Source: an uncultured Gammaproteobacteria bacterium
GTDB taxonomy: Bacteria > Patescibacteriota > Patescibacteriia > Patescibacteriales > UBA12465
Assembly (NCBI GenBank): GCA_964408775.1
Contig: CAYPAP010000001.1
Coordinates: forward strand, 21,404-85,403
Length of the DNA stretch: 64,000 bases
Reading direction: 5' to 3'
Shown: positions 57,871 to 64,000 of the stretch, in pieces
Numbering within the stretch: the first letter of the stretch is position 1
How the letters are laid out: each line of letters begins with the position of its first letter
The notes under the pieces: model-generated
What the model was told of the DNA's origin: nothing
What the model saw: only the letters and a program-made list of their open reading frames with translations
Databases searched by the model: none
Translations under genes and position numbers: made by a program

Positions 57871-58923
57871 TCAAGACCTACTCATAAAACCCTCTATTCT
57901 AGCTGCCCCAGTCATATTATCCTTTAAATACAGGGATTTTCTTTCTATATTGGGTCTCAATAGCCTAAATTTTATTAACTGTTTATTTTGGAAAAAATAA
58001 CCATAAACAATAAGCGAAAAATACCTAACCCTTGTAAAAAATTTAACTTTACAAGAAAAGGGCAAATCTTCTATTTTATAAAATACTATCAATTGGTTTA
58101 AAAACGACCTACTTCGGCCCAGGTCAAGACTGGGCTTGAGTAAAATAGCTTTAATTTTGCCACCCAGAGAAGATAAGGTTCTGTGATGATACATTTTTAT
58201 TTCTGGAACGAATAATATTTTCATCTCAGCCAACTGCAAGCGATAAGAAAGCTCTACATCCTCTTTATACATAAACATTAATTCATCGAAGAATTCTAAA
58301 TAGCCATCCTCTCTCCCATAGGCTACTCGAGAAATTTTTTTCAGATCTAGAGCTGCTCCAGCTCCAGTAAATCCAAAAACCTTTTCCTCTTTAAAAATAT
58401 TTTCATTAAAAACTTTACCCTGGCCTCTATCAAAAAAATAATGACCCTTAGTTAACCCCAGGCCACAGCTATCGATAATATTTGTTTTTTTATTATCTTC
58501 AAAATCCCAATAAAAAATTAAAGGAGATAAAACAGCAACATCGGGATATTCTTTAAACTTAGAAATAAATCTTTCAAGAAAAAATTCATCTAATAAGACA
58601 TCTGGATTTATCATAATAATTTTATCAAATCCATTTTCCAAAGAATAGTTAAACATTATATTATAAGACTTAGCGAAACCCAGATTCCCCTGCCCTGACC
58701 ATATTTTATTTTCTATATTATTTTTATCAAAAAAATCTAATAATATTTTTTTATTATCAACAAAGGGTTCATCGCTATTATCAAAAGAAAAAACTGAAAA
58801 ATTTACTTCATCGCCAAAATTAGATTTGGCAACCTCAATGGCCCGATTCAAGCTCGGCAAAAAATAAGGCAAATATTGTAGAGAGGCCTGATTATAGGTA
58901 ATGAAGGCTACAGCTATTTTCAT
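57871..58923 (-). CDS. Glycosyltransferase family 2
   Basis: 350 aa; 'IAVAFITYNQ' start and DxD-containing GT-A fold region (MINPDVLLDE). Confidence 0.7.
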   Translation of the reverse strand: MKIAVAFITYNQASLQYLPYFLPSLNRAIEVAKSNFGDEVNFSVFSFDNSDEPFVDNKKILLDFFDKNNIENKIWSGQGNLGFAKSYNIMFNYSLENGFDKIIMINPDVLLDEFFLERFISKFKEYPDVAVLSPLIFYWDFEDNKKTNIIDSCGLGLTKGHYFFDRGQGKVFNENIFKEEKVFGFTGAGAALDLKKISRVAYGREDGYLEFFDELMFMYKEDVELSYRLQLAEMKILFVPEIKMYHHRTLSSLGGKIKAILLKPSLDLGRSRSFLNQLIVFYKIEDLPFSCKVKFFTRVRYFSLIVYGYFFQNKQLIKFRLLRPNIERKSLYLKDNMTGAARIEGFMSRS

Positions 58924-58948
58924 TTTTTTATAATTAGCACATAAACAA

Positions 58949-58973
58949 TAAAGCGCCGTAGCGCTTTATTTTT
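58949..58973. terminator. Hairpin taaagcgc-cgta-gcgcttta + T-run, 3' of rpsI
   Basis: 8-bp stem, tetraloop, flanked by A/T runs. Confidence 0.55.
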
Positions 58974-58986
58974 GTGTATATGAGTA

Positions 58987-59520
58987 TTAACGTTTTGACC
59001 ATTGTGGCGCCTTGCGAGCTTTTTTGAGACCAGGTTTTTTTCTCTCTTTTTTTCTGGGGTCTCTAGTAACATAGCCACTAGTTTTTAAAATTGACTTTAA
59101 TTCTGGATCTATCTTAATAAGAGCCCGAGCGATACCATGCCTAACAGCGTCTAATTGTCCTAAAATACCGCCACCCTTAACAATAACAGAAATATCGAAG
59201 TCTTTGATTTTAGAAACAGCTTTTAAGGGTTGCAGGGCAATATTAATATTATCTTCTTTTTTAAAATACTCTAATCCCTTTAAATCATTAACAACTAAAT
59301 CACCAGATCCCTTCTCATACAATCTAACCTGAGCCACAGAAGTTTTTCTCCTTCCAATAGCCTGAATGTATTTACCAGAAAACATTTTCTTGGTAGAATC
59401 CTTAGCTGTAGTCTCTTTCTTTTCAACCACCTTCTTAACCTCTTTTTTTTCAGCAGTCTTAGAATCTTTAGTAGTTTTAGTAGATTTTTTAGTTTCGCTC
59501 ATTTTATTTAATTTAATCAA
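58987..59520 (-). CDS. rpsI: 30S ribosomal protein S9 with ~45-aa Lys/Glu/Thr-rich N-terminal extension
   Basis: S9 core 'YIQAIGRRKTSVAQVRL...GGGILGQLDAVRHGIARALI...PGLKKARKAPQWSKR'; alternative start at 'MFSGKY' (59385) possible. Confidence 0.85.
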   Translation of the reverse strand: MIKLNKMSETKKSTKTTKDSKTAEKKEVKKVVEKKETTAKDSTKKMFSGKYIQAIGRRKTSVAQVRLYEKGSGDLVVNDLKGLEYFKKEDNINIALQPLKAVSKIKDFDISVIVKGGGILGQLDAVRHGIARALIKIDPELKSILKTSGYVTRDPRKKERKKPGLKKARKAPQWSKR

Positions 59521-59547
59521 ATAATTAATAAATAAATTATTTAATTA

Positions 59548-59904
59548 TTATCTAATAATTAATCTTTTTAAAATATCTTTTCTTAATCTGGTAGGAGGCA
59601 ACATCTCTCTAACAGCTCTCTTTAAAACATCTCCCGGATCCTTGGCAAAAACGTCTTTCATCTTTTTTTCCTTTAGACCACCTTGGTAACCAGAATAGCT
59701 ATAATATTTTTTTTGATCTATTTTTTTACCAGTAAATTTAACTTTATTAATATTAATAACCTCGACAATATCACCTAAATCTAAGTGGGGCTGAAATTCG
59801 GGTTTATTTTTACCACGTAAAATAGTGGCAACCTGAGTTGCTAAACGTCCAATTGTTTGTCCCTCAGCATCAATTTTATGTAGTTTTCTTTCAATATTTT
59901 TCAT
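59548..59904 (-). CDS. rplM: 50S ribosomal protein L13
   Basis: 118 aa; 'TIGRLATQVATILRGKNKPEFQPHLDLGDIVEVIN' matches the L13 pattern. Confidence 0.85.
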   Translation of the reverse strand: MKNIERKLHKIDAEGQTIGRLATQVATILRGKNKPEFQPHLDLGDIVEVININKVKFTGKKIDQKKYYSYSGYQGGLKEKKMKDVFAKDPGDVLKRAVREMLPPTRLRKDILKRLIIR

Positions 59905-59929
59905 ATTTATATTCTTTATTATTAAAAAA

Positions 59930-60280
59930 TTAAACTAATTCAATCTGGACCATTTTAGCTCCGTCTCCCTGCCTAGGGCCAATCTTAATAATACGACAAT
60001 AGCCACCCGGTCTCTCTTTATATCTATCACCTAGAACCTCCATTGCTTTTTTTATAGCTTGGGGTTGCAATAAAACCTTTAACAAATTTCTCCTAGAAGC
60101 TAAATCCCCTTTTTTAGCGGTTGTAATAATTTTTTCTAACATCGGTTTAACCGCCTTAGCCTTAGCTTCAGAAGTTTTTACTTTTTCGTAAATAATAATA
60201 CTAGAGGCTAGATTTCTCAACATTAACTCCCTAGCTTCCTTGGTTCGATCTAAAGTTTTTACCTTATTCTTATGTCTCAT
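59930..60280 (-). CDS. rplQ: 50S ribosomal protein L17
   Basis: 116 aa; 'MRHKNKVKTLDRTKEARELMLRNL' L17 N-terminus; lies downstream of rpoA as in the alpha operon. Confidence 0.85.
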   Translation of the reverse strand: MRHKNKVKTLDRTKEARELMLRNLASSIIIYEKVKTSEAKAKAVKPMLEKIITTAKKGDLASRRNLLKVLLQPQAIKKAMEVLGDRYKERPGGYCRIIKIGPRQGDGAKMVQIELV

Positions 60281-60298
60281 AATATTAATTAAATTAAA

Positions 60299-61111
60299 TT
60301 ATTCTTTATCTTTCTTAGCTTTTGATTTAGAGCTGCTTTTCTTGGGCTTTTCTTCCTTCACTTCTTCTACTTCCTCTACTATCACCTCTTCTGATTCATC
60401 TGAAGTGCTAGAGGATTCAGTGATACCAATTAAGGAATTAAATTGCTCAATAAGAATTTTAACTGAACTCTCGAAAGCTTCTTTAACTGAAATTGAGCCA
60501 TCGGTTTTAATATCTAAAATCAATTTATCCCAATTAGTCATTTTACCAACACGAACATTTTCAACTTTATAACTAACTCCAACTACTGGAGAAAAAATAG
60601 AATCAATATCAATATAATCAACCTCTTTAATTTCTTTTTTATTCTTTTCGGCTAAAACATAGCCCCGGCCATTAGTTACATAAATTTCCATAGCTAAGTT
60701 ACCAGTAGAGTCTGTTATAGTTGCTAAAACCAGGTCCTCATTAATTATCTGAACCTGACTATTCTTTTTAATATCTTTGGCAGTAACCTGCTTCTTACCT
60801 TGGGTATTTAATTCTAACTTAATAATATCATCGCTATCATTTAATATTTTTAAGCGAAGTTGTTTTAAGTTCAAAATAATATCGACCACATCTTCTTTAA
60901 TCCCGGTTAAGGCCATAAACTCATGTTTAGCCCCCTTAATCTTCGCCCCAATTACAGCTGATCCTGATAAAGATGAAAGCAAAACTCGACGCAAAGAATT
61001 ACCAATAGTATTCCCGTACCCTGGAAACAAAGGCTCAATAATAACTAATTCCTCATTAGCGCTTCCATTGTTTTTAAATTCAATTTTTTTAGGTAAGGCA
61101 ATTTTTTCCAT
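60299..61111 (-). CDS. rpoA: DNA-directed RNA polymerase alpha subunit, NTD only (no canonical alpha-CTD)
   Basis: 270 aa; 'GYGNTIGNSLRRVLLSSLSGSAV' alpha-NTD dimerisation motif; C-terminal 40 aa are an S/E/K low-complexity tail where the alpha-CTD would be. Confidence 0.85.
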   Translation of the reverse strand: MEKIALPKKIEFKNNGSANEELVIIEPLFPGYGNTIGNSLRRVLLSSLSGSAVIGAKIKGAKHEFMALTGIKEDVVDIILNLKQLRLKILNDSDDIIKLELNTQGKKQVTAKDIKKNSQVQIINEDLVLATITDSTGNLAMEIYVTNGRGYVLAEKNKKEIKEVDYIDIDSIFSPVVGVSYKVENVRVGKMTNWDKLILDIKTDGSISVKEAFESSVKILIEQFNSLIGITESSSTSDESEEVIVEEVEEVKEEKPKKSSSKSKAKKDKE

Positions 61112-61156
61112 ATTTTTTTTATTAATATTTAAATATTCTTTAAAAAATATTTAACT

Positions 61157-61792
61157 TTATTTAGAGTAAAACTCAATAATCATATGAGTTTTTATATTTA
61201 ATGGCAAATCTTGGGCTCGAGGTTCATGCAAAACCTTAACTGACAAATCTTTAACATCCAATGCTAACCAACTTTTTTGATCGGCCGCTAAACTTTTTAG
61301 TTTTTCTGGAAGGTCTCTAAAATGTTTATCATTTTTAGAGGTCTTTTTAACTCTAATAACCTGGCCTATTTTTACTTGATAAGAAGGGATATTAACTTTT
61401 CTGTCATTAACCATAAAATGTCCGTGATTCACTAATTGTCTGGCCTGGGATCGAGAAGAGGCTAGTCCAGAACGATAAATAACATTGTCCAAGCGCATTT
61501 CAAGATATCTAAGAAAATTTGAACCAACATCACCACCCTTTTTCTGAACCTTAGCAAAAGATATTCTAAATTGACTTTCATTTAAACCATAAGACTTACG
61601 AGCTTTTTGTTTTTCGTTTAGTTGTAAGCCGTAATCGCTTAATCTTTTTTTACCTTTAGGGCCATGAGGACCTGGAGCATAATTTCTTTTAACCATGGCG
61701 CACTTAGCAGAAAAACACCTCTCTCCTTTAAGAAAAAGCTTTTCTCCGATTCGACGACATTGCTTGCATTTTGCATCTAAATTTTTTCCCAT
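61157..61792 (-). CDS. rpsD: 30S ribosomal protein S4
   Basis: 211 aa; S4 N-terminal zinc-ribbon-like 'CKQCRRIGEKLFLKGERCFSAKC' and S4 RNA-binding domain. Confidence 0.9.
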   Translation of the reverse strand: MGKNLDAKCKQCRRIGEKLFLKGERCFSAKCAMVKRNYAPGPHGPKGKKRLSDYGLQLNEKQKARKSYGLNESQFRISFAKVQKKGGDVGSNFLRYLEMRLDNVIYRSGLASSRSQARQLVNHGHFMVNDRKVNIPSYQVKIGQVIRVKKTSKNDKHFRDLPEKLKSLAADQKSWLALDVKDLSVKVLHEPRAQDLPLNIKTHMIIEFYSK

Positions 61793-61816
61793 ATTTATAA
61801 TTATTAATAGATTATA

Positions 61817-62452
61817 TTAAACTCGACGTGGTTTTTTAGGTCGACATCCATTATGAGGAACGGCAGTGATATCTTTAATGCTAACAATTTCTAAACCATT
61901 GGCATTTAAAGCTCTAACAGCAGCTTCTCTACCAGTTCCAACTCCAGCCACATAAACCTTAACCTCTTCTAGGCCATATTCTTCCCTGGCCTTTAATGCC
62001 GCAATTTTAACTATAATCTGAGCAGCATAAGGTGTGGCCTTTTTAGCCCCCTTAAAACCGGCTACTCCCGCACTAGCCCAAGAAATAACATTACCACTTT
62101 TATCAGTTAAGGAAACTATAGTGTTGTTATAAGTAGCATTGATATAAACATGTCCTGATTTAACCTTAACGATATCCTTTTTCTTTCTTTTTTTGATTAA
62201 CTTCTTTTTGCTTCGAGCTTGTTTATTTTTCTCTAATTTTTGTTTTATTTCCTCCGGTAAATCCTCAACTTCATTTTTGTTTTCACTCTTTACTTCATCA
62301 TCAGAAAATAAATCATCGTCGACTGAATCAAAATCACCGACTGTAATATTTTCTTCTGCTTTTTTTCCTTCAGACTTTTTTTCGCTGGAAACTTCTTTTT
62401 CTACCTTTTCCGGCAAATCCTTATTGTCTTGATCTTTTTTTTCTTCACTCAT
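61817..62452 (-). CDS. rpsK: 30S ribosomal protein S11 with ~85-aa acidic N-terminal extension
   Basis: S11 core '[30 protein letters not shown]...'; no in-frame ATG between the first Met and the core. Confidence 0.85.
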   Translation of the reverse strand: MSEEKKDQDNKDLPEKVEKEVSSEKKSEGKKAEENITVGDFDSVDDDLFSDDEVKSENKNEVEDLPEEIKQKLEKNKQARSKKKLIKKRKKKDIVKVKSGHVYINATYNNTIVSLTDKSGNVISWASAGVAGFKGAKKATPYAAQIIVKIAALKAREEYGLEEVKVYVAGVGTGREAAVRALNANGLEIVSIKDITAVPHNGCRPKKPRRV

Positions 62453-62482
62453 ATTTATAAAATATTATATATTAATTTTAAA

Positions 62483-62878
62483 TTAAGTCTTTTGACTACC
62501 AGCCTTGTTTTTTCCTGATCCTAAGGTTGTTCTTCTGTTTCCACGAACAGTTCGACTATTAGTTTTAGTTCTTTGACCGTGAACTGGTAATTTCTTGGTG
62601 TGGCAAGTCCCTTTGCGAGAACCAACTTCTTTTAAGCGCTTAATATTACTAGCGACTTCGCGACGCAAATCACCTTCGGTAATATACTTTTTCTCTATTA
62701 TATCACGCAAAGTATTGATTTCTGATTCTTTTAAGTCCTTGACTCTAGTGTTTGGGTCTATTTTAGCACTAATTAAAATATCTTTAGAAAATTTTGGGCC
62801 GACTCCATAAACATAAGTCAGGGCGATCACAACTCTTTTGTCGGTAGGAATATTTATTCCAGCTATTCTTACTATCAT
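62483..62878 (-). CDS. rpsM: 30S ribosomal protein S13
   Basis: 131 aa; 'MIVRIAGINIPTDKRVVIALTYVYGVG' S13 N-terminus. Confidence 0.9.
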   Translation of the reverse strand: MIVRIAGINIPTDKRVVIALTYVYGVGPKFSKDILISAKIDPNTRVKDLKESEINTLRDIIEKKYITEGDLRREVASNIKRLKEVGSRKGTCHTKKLPVHGQRTKTNSRTVRGNRRTTLGSGKNKAGSQKT

Positions 62879-62913
62879 AATTTTTATTCTTAATAAGTTT
62901 AATAATAAATCAA

Positions 62914-63027
62914 TTAACCCTGACGTTGCTTGTGTTTCGGGGTTTTGCAGATAACATAAACTCGTCCCTTGCGACGAACTATTTTACAATCTTTACAAAT
63001 TTTCTTGGCGCTAGCTCTAACCTTCAT
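62914..63027 (-). CDS. rpmJ: 50S ribosomal protein L36
   Basis: Minus strand translated by hand: [37 protein letters not shown] (37 aa; zinc-ribbon CxxC...C...H); absent from the ORF track, below its size cut-off. Confidence 0.85.
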   Translation of the reverse strand: MKVRASAKKICKDCKIVRRKGRVYVICKTPKHKQRQG

Positions 63028-63090
63028 AAGCAATATATACAAAACAGTAAAAAATCAGATTTCAACTGCTTTTTAAATTAATAAAAAATT

Positions 63091-63336
63091 CTACAAGCGG
63101 AAAGTCACTCTTCCCTTGCTTAGGTCATAAGGACTCATTTGAACCTTAACCTTATCTCCGGGAAGAAGTCTAATTTTATTCATCCGCATTTTACCAGACA
63201 AATGACCTAAAATTTCATGACCATTTTCTAATTTGATCTTGAAACTAGCCGCTGGCATCAACTCCAAAACTTCACCTCTTAATTCGATAAAGTCTTTAGA
63301 ATCCATTGTTGGGTTGTCATTATTATTCATTAACAC
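63091..63336 (-). CDS. infA: Translation initiation factor IF-1
   Basis: '[61 protein letters not shown]' S1-like OB fold; true start may be the internal Met at 63306. Confidence 0.9.
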   Translation of the reverse strand: MLMNNNDNPTMDSKDFIELRGEVLELMPAASFKIKLENGHEILGHLSGKMRMNKIRLLPGDKVKVQMSPYDLSKGRVTFRL

Positions 63337-63424
63337 AAAAAACTTTGATAAAGAAAATCTTTATCAAAATTCTAAAAAATACAAAAATAAATATTTACGC
63401 AATATTTATAGAGTAATTATATAT

Positions 63425-64000
63425 TTATTTACTAATATTGTCAAGAGAGCTTAAAATAGCCTTAATTCGCCTAACTCCAGCACTAGAACTTTCCTCTTTT
63501 TGTATCTTAAAATCGCCCAAATCAGCCAAATTATCAACATGAGGACCACCGCAAATTTCTCTAGAAAAAATATCTCGACTTAAAGATGAAAAATCACCAA
63601 TAATATAAACTTTAACTTTTTCACCGTAACGAGCTTCAAAAACTCCGGTGGCTCCAATCTTTTTAGCCTCCTCTACGGTCATTTCCTCATATTTAACTTG
63701 ATATTTTTTAGAAATAGCTGAGTTAACAATATCTTCAACTTCTTTTTTTTGTTCATCAGTCATTTTCTCGCCATGAGAAAAATCAAATCTTAAGCGCTCG
63801 GCTGTGATGTTGCTCCCCCTCTGCTCAACATGAGGCCCTAAAACTTTTCTTAGAGCTTCTAATAATAAATGAGAGGCGGTGTGTAATTTGGTTGTAGCCT
63901 CACTTTGATCGGCTAATCCACCTTTAAATTTTCCGGCGCTGGCAGTTTTTGATAATTCTTGGTGCTTTGTCATCGCTAATTGATATTCACTTAGAAAATC
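63425..64000 (-). CDS. Alanyl-tRNA synthetase editing (second additional) domain protein; 5' end runs off the window (AlaRS C-terminal part or AlaX-like)
   Basis: HxxxH motif 'TASHLLLEALRKVLGPHVEQRG' and CxxxH motif 'CGGPHV'; the reading frame stays open upstream of the Met at 63973 to the window edge; no C-Ala domain. Confidence 0.6.
   Translation of the reverse strand, partial: DFLSEYQLAMTKHQELSKTASAGKFKGGLADQSEATTKLHTASHLLLEALRKVLGPHVEQRGSNITAERLRFDFSHGEKMTDEQKKEVEDIVNSAISKKYQVKYEEMTVEEAKKIGATGVFEARYGEKVKVYIIGDFSSLSRDIFSREICGGPHVDNLADLGDFKIQKEESSSAGVRRIKAILSSLDNISK

Overview
This window looks like a small streamlined Candidate Phyla Radiation/Patescibacteria-like genome, though no search was run to confirm that. 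It is AT-rich, gene-dense and almost entirely minus-strand. RF2 is present and genes end in TGA, so genetic code 11 applies. Content, start to end: (1) the str operon (rpsL-rpsG-fusA-tuf-rpsJ), interrupted by a repeat-rich spacer and by two inserted genes (a Phd/YefM-like small protein and a type IV pilin-like protein); (2) a site-2 protease, L28, a ComEC/Rec2 channel next to a second pilin-like protein carrying a Fib_succ_major-type C-terminal domain, and RF2; (3) a dcw cluster (mraZ-rsmH-ftsL-ftsI-murF), SOD, class I aldolase, ThrRS and a UXS-like epimerase; (4) a secreted S8 subtilase with FG-GAP repeats, L25, FtsW/RodA, a ZIP transporter and IscU; (5) a large acidic membrane protein, a pentapeptide-repeat protein, a frameshifted XerC/D-like tyrosine recombinase and IscS; (6) a cyclophilin lipoprotein, CCA enzyme and an [FeFe]-hydrogenase module (NuoF-like + HydA + small NikR-C-like protein); (7) GAPDH, RicT/YaaT, EF-Ts, S2, a TsaB-N-domain/secreted transglutaminase-like fusion, Dus, CysRS and Tgt; (8) an envelope cluster of large membrane proteins, GT4 and GT2 glycosyltransferases and a sigma-70 region-4-only protein; (9) the alpha-operon segment rpsI-rplM-rplQ-rpoA-rpsD-rpsK-rpsM-rpmJ-infA and an AlaRS-editing-domain gene that runs off the window. 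No rRNA, tRNA or CRISPR was found. The most unusual signal is a ~73-nt GC-rich two-hairpin element: two perfect tandem copies at 23381-23527 and a diverged inverted copy directly upstream of the hydrogenase operon (~39916-39988). Substitutions between copies preserve RNA pairing, including G-U wobbles. Several GC-rich intergenic islands share short words (AGCTTCGCT, TGACAAG) with it, suggesting a family of small structured repeats or small RNAs.
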